Assembly: GCA_017416185.1 (NCBI GenBank) | Contig: JAFQDF010000012.1 | Coordinates: 32,965-96,964, forward strand | From: Clostridia bacterium | Lineage (GTDB): Bacteria; Bacillota; Clostridia; Oscillospirales; CAG-272 | Reading direction: 5' to 3' | Length of the DNA: 64,000 nucleotides | Shown here: positions 1-9,438 of the stretch, one piece after another | Numbering within the stretch: the stretch's first letter is position 1 | Layout: every line of letters starts with the position of its first letter | The notes under the pieces: generated by a model | Told to the model about the DNA's origin: nothing | The model's input: the letters and a program-made list of their open reading frames with translations, nothing else | Databases searched by the model: none | Translations under genes and position numbers: made by a program

Positions 1-92
1 AACAGACATATTTTCAGAAGTCTTATGCTGACAGCACAGTTGACAATTTTTTTGTTCTGTGTTACCCTATTGTCATAAGGGGGTGCATATTT

Positions 93-515
93 ATGAATAA
101 AGATACCTCAAAAATAGTAGAAGAGCTTAAGCTGTCCGATGATTTCAATACCTTCTATAAGGAAAATTTCGATTATATGGCAACTAAACCTCTCTCGGTA
201 TTGCTGGATGATCTAATGAAAAAAAAGGACCTGAAAAAAGTTCAGGTCATTAAAAATTCGGAAATGGCAGAAACCTATGCATATCAGATATTTTCGGGAT
301 TACGGGTTCCGGAAAGAAACAAGCTGTTATGTATTGCCGTAGGTATGGGCTTAAACATAGATGAGGTCCAATCTCTGCTTAAGGCTGCGGGATATTCTGT
401 ACTTTATGTGAAAAAGCCCTTTGACAGTATTATCCTTTACGGTATTTGCAAAAAATTAAGCGTGGTTGAGATCAACGATATCTTATATGACTACGGCTTT
501 GAAACAATAGGATAA
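93..515 (+). CDS. Small helix-turn-helix (XRE-like) domain protein
   Basis: 140-aa ORF. Its central segment (SEMAETYAYQIFSGLRVPERNKLLCIAVGMGL) resembles Firmicute HTH modules. Only 4 nt separate it from the next gene. Confidence 0.5.
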   Translation: MNKDTSKIVEELKLSDDFNTFYKENFDYMATKPLSVLLDDLMKKKDLKKVQVIKNSEMAETYAYQIFSGLRVPERNKLLCIAVGMGLNIDEVQSLLKAAGYSVLYVKKPFDSIILYGICKKLSVVEINDILYDYGFETIG

Positions 516-519
516 CAGA

Positions 520-1251
520 ATGAAAAAATGTCCTTTTTGCAATGCAGTTCTCACAGATGAAGCTAATTTCTGTTTATACTGTATGACCTCTCTTGACAGA
601 AAGCAGAAAACAACTGTCATAGAAATCAAGAAAAGAAAAGCTTTACCGATAATTTTGATCTTTACGGTTATATTGCTTATCTCGGTCTTTTCATTTATTA
701 TCATAACAGATGATAATAAAGAGAATACAGATACCCCGAAACAGACTTCAAGCGAAAAAGAAGATAGCCGCAATGACAGGGCGGTTTATCCCGAGGTCTC
801 ATATATTTACAGAGCTGCAGTTATCGGCGACGACTATTCCTCAGCCTATCTTCCCGACGAAAATGATATAATAATTACCGGAGTCGAAACAGCCGATATA
901 ACGGGTATATATTATATTCCGGATCATATCGACGGCAAAAGAGTTTTAGGAATAGATCCTTTGGCTTTTTCGGATGAAAGCATACGGGATTCGGTTATAA
1001 AGGTGATCCTTGCCGACGGAATAAAAAATATCCGTGAAAATGCCTTCGCATCCTGTATTAATATGAGCGATATATATTTTATGGGAGAGTCGATACATAT
1101 TACCGCAGATGCTTTTTCTCGAGAGCGCAATGGGATTTTAAAAATACACTGCTCCGAAAGCTGTGACGACAGAAATTTCAGACTCTATAAAAATTCGGCA
1201 CAGATGTATGATGCGGTGTATGAATATTGGGACGGCGGTGTTGTAAGCTGA
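520..1251 (+). CDS. Membrane-anchored zinc-ribbon / BspA-type leucine-rich-repeat protein
   Basis: N-terminal CPFC..x..CLYC zinc ribbon, then KKRK and one hydrophobic helix (ALPIILIFTVILLISVFSFIII). The C-terminal part has the BspA-like LRR pattern (I..I...AF..C..L..I). Confidence 0.7.
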   Translation: MKKCPFCNAVLTDEANFCLYCMTSLDRKQKTTVIEIKKRKALPIILIFTVILLISVFSFIIITDDNKENTDTPKQTSSEKEDSRNDRAVYPEVSYIYRAAVIGDDYSSAYLPDENDIIITGVETADITGIYYIPDHIDGKRVLGIDPLAFSDESIRDSVIKVILADGIKNIRENAFASCINMSDIYFMGESIHITADAFSRERNGILKIHCSESCDDRNFRLYKNSAQMYDAVYEYWDGGVVS

Positions 1252-1952
1252 TGACAAGGAATGAATATATCAAGAATATACGAAAGCTATATTCTCTGTC
1301 AAAGCTTCTGTCCGACAAAAACGACTGTACCGTATTGCTTTTGAAGCATAAAACTCTTGATAAAAAATTAGTTCTTCGAAGCTTCGGCGAAAAGATAGCT
1401 GCATACGATGAGCTTTTAAGTGTAAATTGTGAAAATCTTCCTCTGATATACGATTCTATCACTCTTGATGACGGACAGATAGTTCTTGAGGAATATATCG
1501 AAGGTCTTACGGTCGATGAGATCATGCAAAGCGGAAGATACCGCTTCAAGGGAGCTGTAAGGGTCATCGGTGCTGTATGTAACGCTCTTTGTGTTTTGCA
1601 CGGTTCTGACATAGTCCACCGTGATATAAAGCCGCAAAACATTATCGTTGATAAAAACGGACGAGTGGTGCTGTTAGATCTGAATGCTTCAAGAAGGATC
1701 AGCGACGCCTCCAAGGATACAGTTATAATGGGAACGGTAGGATATGCTTCTCCCGAACAGCTGGGAGTAACGCAAAGCGACAAAAGAACCGACATTTATG
1801 CCCTCGGAGTTTTAATGAATGTTATGCTTACAGGCGAGCATCCCTCGGTAAAAATAGCAAAAGGAAGATCGGGCAGGATCGTCCGAAAATGCACAAGCAT
1901 AAATCCGAAAGACAGATATCAGTCGGTCAAAGAATTACTAAATGCTCTTTAA
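1251..1952 (+). CDS. Ser/Thr protein kinase-like protein with atypical ATP-site motifs
   Basis: HRDIKPQN catalytic loop and GTVGYASPE activation segment. ATG at 1251 overlaps the upstream stop (TGATG). I did not use the ORF-track start at 1227. Confidence 0.75.
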   Translation: MTRNEYIKNIRKLYSLSKLLSDKNDCTVLLLKHKTLDKKLVLRSFGEKIAAYDELLSVNCENLPLIYDSITLDDGQIVLEEYIEGLTVDEIMQSGRYRFKGAVRVIGAVCNALCVLHGSDIVHRDIKPQNIIVDKNGRVVLLDLNASRRISDASKDTVIMGTVGYASPEQLGVTQSDKRTDIYALGVLMNVMLTGEHPSVKIAKGRSGRIVRKCTSINPKDRYQSVKELLNAL

Positions 1953-1961
1953 TATAAAAGA

Positions 1962-1994
1962 TCTGTCACAGTAAAATGTGACAGACCTTTTTTG
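1962..1994. terminator. Bidirectional rho-independent terminator between the kinase gene and nif3
   Basis: TCTGTCACA-gtaaaa-TGTGACAGA followed by CCTTTTTTG. Confidence 0.6.
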
Positions 1995-1996
1995 TT

Positions 1997-2776
1997 TTAT
2001 GTATATTGAAATACCTCTCCCGATTCAAAGTATTTTACCGTAAGATCGGGACATTTTTCCTTTAATACCCCTGCGATATATTTCATACCGTCGCGCTCGG
2101 AGGGGATATGACCCATTGCTATTATTGCTTTTTTGAAACCAAGCTGTGCGGCATCTCTTGCATATTCGCAATCAGCCCATTCGCAGACCTCACCGATAAG
2201 CATTATTTCGCTTTTATCATTACGTAATTCCCTTCCCACTCCTCCCGGGGAACCGAATTTTCCCGAAAGGACTTTACAGGGAGTGTCGATACTTCCTGCT
2301 ATACGCAGGTGCTTTATATTAAGCTTTTCTTCCATATGAGCGGCAAGCTCTCGGGGAGTGATCTCATTCTTCAGATGATAACGTACAAGACCGTCGGCTT
2401 CGTATTCGTATTCACCGTCGAGTCCGATTGCCTCAAACATTCCTACCGATATCATATCCGGACGGGCAATATGGGGATGATCGTGATATCTGTACACGGT
2501 CATATCCGTAGACTCAAGAAGCTCTCTCTTTTTTATCTCAACGGGATCATCGGAATGCTTGTCCATATGATTATAATATAAGGGCTCGTGGACAACAAGA
2601 AGATCCGCACCCCAATCCTGTGCCTGCTTTATTACCTCTACCGTAGGAAACATCGTAACTGCCGCTTTTTTTACCTCTTTGTCAGCTTGCCCGCACTTAA
2701 GGGTATCACAGGTGTTCTCAAATCCAGACATATCCGCCATAGAAAAGAGGATATTCATTATTTCATATGCTTTCAT
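1997..2776 (-). CDS. Nif3-like dinuclear metal centre protein (DUF34 family)
   Basis: HEPLYY, HDHPH and MGH motifs at Nif3-like spacing. ATG at 2776 is preceded by GGAGAAAACT. The ORF-track start at 2788 is a TTG. Confidence 0.75.
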   Translation of the reverse strand: MKAYEIMNILFSMADMSGFENTCDTLKCGQADKEVKKAAVTMFPTVEVIKQAQDWGADLLVVHEPLYYNHMDKHSDDPVEIKKRELLESTDMTVYRYHDHPHIARPDMISVGMFEAIGLDGEYEYEADGLVRYHLKNEITPRELAAHMEEKLNIKHLRIAGSIDTPCKVLSGKFGSPGGVGRELRNDKSEIMLIGEVCEWADCEYARDAAQLGFKKAIIAMGHIPSERDGMKYIAGVLKEKCPDLTVKYFESGEVFQYT

Positions 2777-2852
2777 AGTTTTCTCCAAGTGTTAATATAC
2801 CATATAGATTATATCATATAATCAAAACATTTTCAATCCTAATAAAAATGAA

Positions 2853-2873
2853 AGAAACCGCAATGCGGTTTCT
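2853..2873 (-). terminator. Terminator downstream of the ABC exporter pair
   Basis: AGAAACCGC-att-GCGGTTTCT followed on the minus strand by TTCATTTTTATT. Confidence 0.5.
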
Positions 2874-4682
2874 TCACTGTTTATATTTCTCCGCCTGGAG
2901 ATTGAACATATAGGCATATTTACCGCCCAGCTTCATCAGCTCGTCGTGACTTCCCTGTTCAACTATCCTGCCGTCCTCGAACATATAGATACGGTCTGCC
3001 ATTCTTGTGGTGGATAAGCGGTGAGATATAAATATCACCGTTTTATCCTTAGAATTTTCCTTGATGGAATGATTGAGCTCATATTCTGATATGGGATCGA
3101 GAGCAGATGATGGCTCGTCCATTATAATAAGATCACAGTCGCGGGCAAAGGCTCGGGCTATAGCTATCTTCTGGGCTTCGCCGCCCGAGAGGTTAACACC
3201 CTCTTCGTCAAATTCTCTTGTAAGATTGCTATGTATGCCGTTTGGCAGTTCCGATAACTTATCGTCAAAGGTAGCACGATGCAGGGCATCAAGTACACTC
3301 TGTTCCTTATCGGGAGTATATTCACCGCCGAGAACGTTTTCTGCCACGGTTGCTGCAAATACCTTATAATCCTGGAATATGGTGCCAAAATTATTACGGT
3401 ATTCATCCAGTTTATAGTCTTTTATATTTCTACCGTTATATTCTATATGCCCCTTTGAGGGATCATACAAGCGCATAAGCAGCTTGATAAGCGTAGTCTT
3501 GCCTGCACCGTTGTAACCGACAATAGCTATTTTTTCGCCTCGCTTGATTTCAAGATCAACACACTTAAGAGTATTTTCTTCATTGCTTTCATAAGCAAAG
3601 TCAAGTCCCAAGACCTTAAGTGATTTGAATTTCGGAAGTTCTCTTTTGCCCGATGTGATCTTATTTTCATACTCTAAGAAGGTACGGTATTTCTCGATAT
3701 ACATAGAGCTTTCCACAAAGCCGGAAAATGCATCAATAAACTGTCTCATATTCCAGTACAGATTCCATACAGAATTAGTAACGGCAGCATAATCACCTAT
3801 AGATATCTTATTACTCATTACCTTCCATACAAGCAGAAGTGTAATGCCCATATCCTGTATCGAATCAACGGATGTCCATTGACCGATATGTATAGCAACC
3901 CAACGCTTGGCGAATTTCCTGATTACACACGCTTCATCATCTACTGCAAGCTCATATTCGTCAAGAACCTTCTTAGCTACACGGCTGGTACGTATCTCCT
4001 TGGCATAATCGGCAAGATAGAAAACTCTGACAGAATATTCCTTACGGCGTTTGACGGGGTTGATATCTGTTTCCTGCTTAACGCCAAGCTTGGTTCCTAA
4101 CATTTTGAATACAAGGCTCAAAGTTACACAGATAGCAATTATCAATACGACTAATGGATCTATGGTAGCAACTATACCGATGATGCCTGCCATAGAGATG
4201 ATAAGGTATGCTATACTGCACAGCCTCTCTACCACCTGTGCAGCCTCGTTGTCCGAGGTGTTCATGGACCAGACAAAGGAATTATAAAATTCGGGATCGT
4301 CATAGCAGGATATATCCATCGACTGCGCCTTGCGGTACAGCTCGCTGTGCAGCTTGAACCTAAGTGTTTCCCTCAGCTTTGGGAACACAACATAACTAAG
4401 ATAATAATCAATTACTGCAAGTACAAGCCCTGCTATAAGATAGGGGATAATAAGGGATAAAATATGACCCATAGTCACTCCTTCGGTCTCAAAGAGATCA
4501 AAAAGCCGCTTGGTAAAATAAACACCGTATACATTGAACAGAGCGTTTGTGACATTCTGAAGCATTATCAATATCGCATAAGCAGGAGTACAACGCATTA
4601 CTGCACGCAAAATATACAGATTGTTTGATACGGTTCGACGTATCTTCTTGAAAATCGGGGTCTTTTCCTTTTTATTCTTCAT
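2874..4682 (-). CDS. ABC transporter permease/ATP-binding protein (exporter half-transporter)
   Basis: N-terminal 6-TM region. Walker A GYNGAGKTT, signature LSGGEAQK, Walker B LIIMDEPSSALD. Start taken at MKNKKEK (4682), overlapping the upstream gene by 11 nt. Confidence 0.9.
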   Translation of the reverse strand: MKNKKEKTPIFKKIRRTVSNNLYILRAVMRCTPAYAILIMLQNVTNALFNVYGVYFTKRLFDLFETEGVTMGHILSLIIPYLIAGLVLAVIDYYLSYVVFPKLRETLRFKLHSELYRKAQSMDISCYDDPEFYNSFVWSMNTSDNEAAQVVERLCSIAYLIISMAGIIGIVATIDPLVVLIIAICVTLSLVFKMLGTKLGVKQETDINPVKRRKEYSVRVFYLADYAKEIRTSRVAKKVLDEYELAVDDEACVIRKFAKRWVAIHIGQWTSVDSIQDMGITLLLVWKVMSNKISIGDYAAVTNSVWNLYWNMRQFIDAFSGFVESSMYIEKYRTFLEYENKITSGKRELPKFKSLKVLGLDFAYESNEENTLKCVDLEIKRGEKIAIVGYNGAGKTTLIKLLMRLYDPSKGHIEYNGRNIKDYKLDEYRNNFGTIFQDYKVFAATVAENVLGGEYTPDKEQSVLDALHRATFDDKLSELPNGIHSNLTREFDEEGVNLSGGEAQKIAIARAFARDCDLIIMDEPSSALDPISEYELNHSIKENSKDKTVIFISHRLSTTRMADRIYMFEDGRIVEQGSHDELMKLGGKYAYMFNLQAEKYKQ

Positions 4683-6513
4683 CCTCTTTCCCCTCCTTTT
4701 CAATATAACTTTCCGCCTGTTTTGCGAACATCTCAGCGTATTTACCGCCCCTTGCGATAAGCTCGAAGTGAGATCCGTATTCAATTATCTCGCCCTTCTC
4801 CATCATAAGCACTTTATCCGCAAGAGTCGCAGAGGAAAGGCGGTGAGAGATAAATACAGCACTTCTGCCCTCGCACATTTTCAGCAGATTTTCATACATC
4901 TCATACTCTGCTATGGGATCAAGGGCAGAGGATGGCTCATCAAGAATAACTATGGGAGCGTTACGTGCAAAGACTCGGGCAACGCATATCTTCTGATATT
5001 CGCCGCCTGAAAGCACGGTGCCGTCCTCAGAGTATTCTCGGGTCAGTATGGTATCAATACCCTCGGGTAATTCCATAATGCGCTCATATACACCTGCTGC
5101 CTTCAAGGCTTCGATAACGGTATCATCATCTCTGTCATAACCTAAAAGAACGTTATTTCTTACCGACATAGCAAATATCCTGTAATCCTGGAATACTACC
5201 CCATACAGATCACGGTATGATTCGAGCTCTAAATTTTTGATATCGGCACCGTTACAGAATATTTTGCCCTCGGTGGTATCATAGAGACGCATCATCAGTT
5301 TCACAAGAGTAGATTTTCCTGCGCCGTTGGCTCCCACAAGAGCGATCTTTTCACCTTTATTTAAAGTGAAGCTGATATTTTTAAGAACATCCTGATCGGT
5401 ATTATCATATCGGAAGCTTACATTATCAAACTTTATTTCCGGATCACCTGTCGGCTTTTCGGCATTTTCGGCAGTAGTGACCTTAGGCTCATATGCAAGG
5501 AATTCTCTCATATTGTCTAAGAACAAAGAATTTTCGCGCATTTTTATATATGTATCACTTACCCAGCTTATACAGCCGGATACTGTGGTGATAGAACCGC
5601 TGATAACTATACAGTCGCCGATAGATATACTACCTTTGACTATAAGACAATACGCTGCATATATGATAGCCGTAAAATATATCAGACAGTAATCGATAAG
5701 ATACTCGGAAAAGAAATAATATGCTCCACGCTTAAAGCCGTCTTTTGATATCAAGGAGTGCATCCTTTTGAGTGCTTCCGATAGTTTACGTACCATTACC
5801 GTGCCGATAGAGCTCATATGAGTTTCCTTGGCATAATCTGCAAGATAGAACACGCGATTTACATAATCCTTGCTTCTGCCTATCTCCCTTGAATCCGCTT
5901 CATATTTGAAGTTCATCTTATTGGCGCACTTGCCGAATATAAGATTGGTAACAAGAGGAGCAAAGGACAGCAGTATTAAAACAGGTTCTATAGCTACTAT
6001 TATCGCCGCATTGGTGATTATATGTACCATTCCGTCAAGAAACCAGCTTATGAGATACATAGCAAAATCATCCACCTTGCCCATTGCCTCGGGTATGGTC
6101 ATGGTGAATTTCTCATAAAACTTGGTATCGTCATAGCAGGACAGATCCACGTTTGCCACCATCTCAAACAGCATATGATTCAGTTTCTTTGCTACCTTTA
6201 GTTTAAGTATGGGGGTCATTATTCTATTGAAGGCAGCACAAAATATATTAAAAACGATATAACTGCCGTATATACCGCACAATACAGCCGCAACCTTATT
6301 AAAAGCAATATCATTCTGCAGGGCGTTGAAGATATATCGGGTCAGCCATGTTCCCGTGAGGAAGGAAAATAACGCACCGATGACTGTAGACAATATATGA
6401 TATATCAGCCTAAGCGGTGAACATTTCCAGACTATACCCAAGGCAAAGAACATATTCTGCCATGTTCTTTTAAAGGTCATCTGGTCCCTTTCGTCTTTTT
6501 TCTTTCTTTTCAT
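4672..6513 (-). CDS. ABC transporter permease/ATP-binding protein (partner half-transporter)
   Basis: Walker A GANGAGKST, signature LSGGEYQK, Walker B IVILDEPSSALD. Translationally coupled to the downstream paralogue. Confidence 0.9.
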   Translation of the reverse strand: MKRKKKDERDQMTFKRTWQNMFFALGIVWKCSPLRLIYHILSTVIGALFSFLTGTWLTRYIFNALQNDIAFNKVAAVLCGIYGSYIVFNIFCAAFNRIMTPILKLKVAKKLNHMLFEMVANVDLSCYDDTKFYEKFTMTIPEAMGKVDDFAMYLISWFLDGMVHIITNAAIIVAIEPVLILLSFAPLVTNLIFGKCANKMNFKYEADSREIGRSKDYVNRVFYLADYAKETHMSSIGTVMVRKLSEALKRMHSLISKDGFKRGAYYFFSEYLIDYCLIYFTAIIYAAYCLIVKGSISIGDCIVISGSITTVSGCISWVSDTYIKMRENSLFLDNMREFLAYEPKVTTAENAEKPTGDPEIKFDNVSFRYDNTDQDVLKNISFTLNKGEKIALVGANGAGKSTLVKLMMRLYDTTEGKIFCNGADIKNLELESYRDLYGVVFQDYRIFAMSVRNNVLLGYDRDDDTVIEALKAAGVYERIMELPEGIDTILTREYSEDGTVLSGGEYQKICVARVFARNAPIVILDEPSSALDPIAEYEMYENLLKMCEGRSAVFISHRLSSATLADKVLMMEKGEIIEYGSHFELIARGGKYAEMFAKQAESYIEKEGKEDEE

Positions 6514-6540
6514 CTTTTCTCCTCAAAATATAACATAATA

Positions 6541-6640
6541 AGCACATCCTTAACGGATGTGCTCGATCGTTTTTAAGAATACATCAAAAGCTATGCTCCC
6601 AAAGAGACGATAAGACATCCGTTAAAATCAAAAACTTCAT
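6541..6640 (-). promoter_or_regulatory. Candidate leader-peptide attenuator of the ABC operon
   Basis: An 18-codon ORF (6640..6584, MKFLILTDVLSSLWEHSF) lies behind AAAGGAGG. An 11-nt segment inside it (TTAACGGATGT) is perfectly complementary to the 5' arm and loop of a downstream hairpin (6541-6563) that is followed by a U-rich stretch. Confidence 0.3.
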
Positions 6641-6802
6641 TTTATTCGCCTCCTTTCACATAATTATCGACTAAATATCACATTAAAGCCGTTATTTTTA
6701 TCAGTATAACATATATTTTCTAATATTGCAATAGAAATAACACATTTTATCCAATATTTTTTATCACTCCATCGGTTAAAATATAATAAAGGCGGTGAAA
6801 GC

Positions 6803-7117
6803 ATGAACGAAAAAGATTTTGCATTGCGTGTTGCACAGTTAAGAGACAAAAAGGGGGTCTCTGCCCGTGACATGAGCTTGTCTATGGGACAGAACCCCGG
6901 ATATATAAATAATATCGAATCGGGTAAATCTCTCCCATCTATGACGGGCTTCTTCTATATATGTGAATATCTTGGTATAACTCCTGAAGAATTTTTTGAA
7001 TCTTCAACGGCAGATCCCACAAGACTGAATAATATAATAGATGACCTTAAACTGTTAAGCGATACCCAGCTCGATATCATCGCTGCATTGGTCAAGGATT
7101 TGGCTAAGAATAAATAA
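6803..7117 (+). CDS. XRE-family helix-turn-helix transcriptional regulator
   Basis: N-terminal Cro/C1-type HTH (LRVAQLRDKKGVSARDMSLSMGQNPGYINNIESGKSLPS). Divergent from the ABC operon. Confidence 0.85.
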   Translation: MNEKDFALRVAQLRDKKGVSARDMSLSMGQNPGYINNIESGKSLPSMTGFFYICEYLGITPEEFFESSTADPTRLNNIIDDLKLLSDTQLDIIAALVKDLAKNK

Positions 7118-7184
7118 GCGGTAAGTTCACAGTAAACTATTTCTATGAATGTCCGATGTTAAGAAATTTCCTATGTATTAAAAT

Positions 7185-7214
7185 AAAGGCTTTTGTCCTC
7201 GGACAAAAGCCTTT
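7185..7214. terminator. Bidirectional terminator between the XRE gene and cysK
   Basis: AAAGGCTTTTGTCC-tc-GGACAAAAGCCTTT flanked by A- and T-runs. Confidence 0.7.
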
Positions 7215-7216
7215 AT

Positions 7217-8149
7217 TTATTCATTTTCGAATAAAGGTGTGCTGAAATATCTTTCTGCTGTATCGGGAAGTACGGTTACGACAGTCTTTCCCGGGCCCAG
7301 CTTCTTTGCAAGCTTTATTGCAGCCGCTACGTTTGTACCGCTTGAAATACCGCACATAATACCCTCGAGGCGGGCAAGATCCTTTGCAGTCTTTAATGCC
7401 TCCTCGTCGGTAACTATGTATATTTCATCATATATATCACAGTTGAGGTTATCGGGGATAAGACCGTCACCTATACCCATCTGGATATGAGTACCTATTG
7501 TACCGCCTGCAAGGATTGCCGCATTCTCAGGCTCTACCGCCCATATCTCGATATCAGGATTAAGTGCTTTCAGGGTCTCACCAATACCACTTATGGTACC
7601 GCCTGTACCTATACCCGAGCAGAAGCCGTGGATAGGCCCTGCAACCTGCTCAAGCAGCTCAAGACCCGTATGATGCTTATGCACCATAGGGTTAGCGGGA
7701 TTGGTAAACTGTTGGGGAACGAAAACCTTTGGGTCCTCTTTTTCCATACGAAGTGCCGTATTGAGGCATTCTTCTATACAAGCACCGATATCTCCCGCAT
7801 CGTGGATAAGGATAACCTCTGCTCCGTAGTGACGTACCAGCTTTCTTCTCTCCTCACTTACCGAGTCGGGCATAATAATTATAGTCTTGAAGCCCATTAC
7901 CGCACCTACGAGGGCAAGACCGATACCCTGGTTTCCGCTGGTAGGCTCAACTATAATTGTATCCTTATTTATAACACCGCGGTCAAGTGCGTCAAGGATC
8001 ATATTGTAAGCCGTTCTTGTTTTTATAGATCCGCCTACGTTAAGACCCTCGTATTTTACCAGTATTTCGGCAGAATCCGGTTCTGCCATATGGTTAAGCC
8101 TGATGACGGGGGTATGACCCAACGCCTCCAGAACGTTATTGTATATCAT
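7217..8149 (-). CDS. cysK: Cysteine synthase / O-acetylserine sulfhydrylase family PLP enzyme
   Basis: PLP-lysine motif GGSIKTR, TSGNQGIGLA, and glycine loop GIGTGGT. 310 aa. Confidence 0.8.
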   Translation of the reverse strand: MIYNNVLEALGHTPVIRLNHMAEPDSAEILVKYEGLNVGGSIKTRTAYNMILDALDRGVINKDTIIVEPTSGNQGIGLALVGAVMGFKTIIIMPDSVSEERRKLVRHYGAEVILIHDAGDIGACIEECLNTALRMEKEDPKVFVPQQFTNPANPMVHKHHTGLELLEQVAGPIHGFCSGIGTGGTISGIGETLKALNPDIEIWAVEPENAAILAGGTIGTHIQMGIGDGLIPDNLNCDIYDEIYIVTDEEALKTAKDLARLEGIMCGISSGTNVAAAIKLAKKLGPGKTVVTVLPDTAERYFSTPLFENE

Positions 8150-8150
8150 A

Positions 8151-9203
8151 TTACTCCTCGAAGGCTACGACCTGACCGAGCTCGTCAGACTTAAATGCAG
8201 CCTCCATTACCTTCATTACTCTCATTACCTCATCGGATTTAACGATAAGCTCAGCCTTGCCGTCGATAACGTCACAGAAGTTACGGTAGAAATCGTAAAC
8301 GTCTGCCGTGGGTCTCTCTATCTCGTACTCGTCAACGGTGATAGAATCACGGGGTGCCATAGTCTTGGTAAGACCTGCACCTGTCTGTACGGGAATCACG
8401 TCACTTTCGTGCCAATGCTTGCAGACTGTAACCTTTGCCTTCTCACGCCAGTCGGTGATAAGAGTAGTACCCTTGTCACCCTGCATATACATTCTGGGAA
8501 GTGCGATAAAGTTAAAGGTTCCTGTTTCGATATATGCCTGTGCGCCATCCTCAAAATAGATATAGAGCTTGTAACCGTCATCTACCTCAAAGTTGGTGGT
8601 GTGGATAAATTTGCAGTATACACCGGTGATCTTCTGCTTAAAGAGCTGAAGCGCCTGGTCGATAAGATGAACACCCCAGTCAAGCAGCATTCCGCCGCCG
8701 TGCTCCTTCTCGCCTCTCCAGTCACTGGGGATACCTCTGGAGCCGTGGATACGGGATTCGTAGTTAAATATCTTGCCTATTTCACCCGAATTATAAATCT
8801 GCTTCATAGCAAGAAAGTCTACGTCCCAACGTCTGTTCTGGTGAACGGAGAAAACGCAGTTGTTCTTCTCAGCGCACTCAACCATCTTAGCATATTCCTC
8901 ACTTGACATAGCAACGGGCTTTTCGCAGATAACGTGCTTGCCTGCCTCAAGTGCTCTGGTAACTCTCTCAAAATGTCTGTCATTGGGAATAGCAACGGTG
9001 ATTATATCTACTCTGTCGTCAGACAAAACGTCCTCATAGGTATCATATGCAAATATACCCCTTGAACGTGCAAGCTCAGATTTTGCAGGATCGATATCAT
9101 ATATACCGAGCAGGTTTACCACGCCCTTTTCAATTGCCTTTGCTGCGTGATAACCGCCGCCCATTCCGCCGTAGCCTACGACAACCAAGTTTTTCTTTTC
9201 CAT
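8151..9203 (-). CDS. Gfo/Idh/MocA family oxidoreductase
   Basis: N-terminal Rossmann VVGYGGMGG and the EKP motif (ICEKPVA). 350 aa. 1-nt gap to cysK. Confidence 0.8.
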   Translation of the reverse strand: MEKKNLVVVGYGGMGGGYHAAKAIEKGVVNLLGIYDIDPAKSELARSRGIFAYDTYEDVLSDDRVDIITVAIPNDRHFERVTRALEAGKHVICEKPVAMSSEEYAKMVECAEKNNCVFSVHQNRRWDVDFLAMKQIYNSGEIGKIFNYESRIHGSRGIPSDWRGEKEHGGGMLLDWGVHLIDQALQLFKQKITGVYCKFIHTTNFEVDDGYKLYIYFEDGAQAYIETGTFNFIALPRMYMQGDKGTTLITDWREKAKVTVCKHWHESDVIPVQTGAGLTKTMAPRDSITVDEYEIERPTADVYDFYRNFCDVIDGKAELIVKSDEVMRVMKVMEAAFKSDELGQVVAFEE

Positions 9204-9384
9204 AACAAATAACCTTTCGTGAAAAACGATTTTACAGTTGAAATTATTATATCATATAGAAAATTAAAGTCAACCATTATACGAAAATATCCTCCTTAAA
9301 TTAAAGTTTTTCTTCACCGTCGGGTGACGATGTTGATTTACAGTTAAAGAATATGCGGTTTTACCGTACAGGGATTACCCCTGC

Positions 9385-9418
9385 AAAGAAAGAACCCATC
9401 GGCTTTGCCGATGGGTTC
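9385..9418 (-). terminator. Terminator of the repeat-protein gene
   Basis: GAACCCATCGG-caaag-CCGATGGGTTC followed on the minus strand by TTTCTTTG. Confidence 0.65.
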
Positions 9419-9438
9419 AAGATAATTATATGCTGTTA

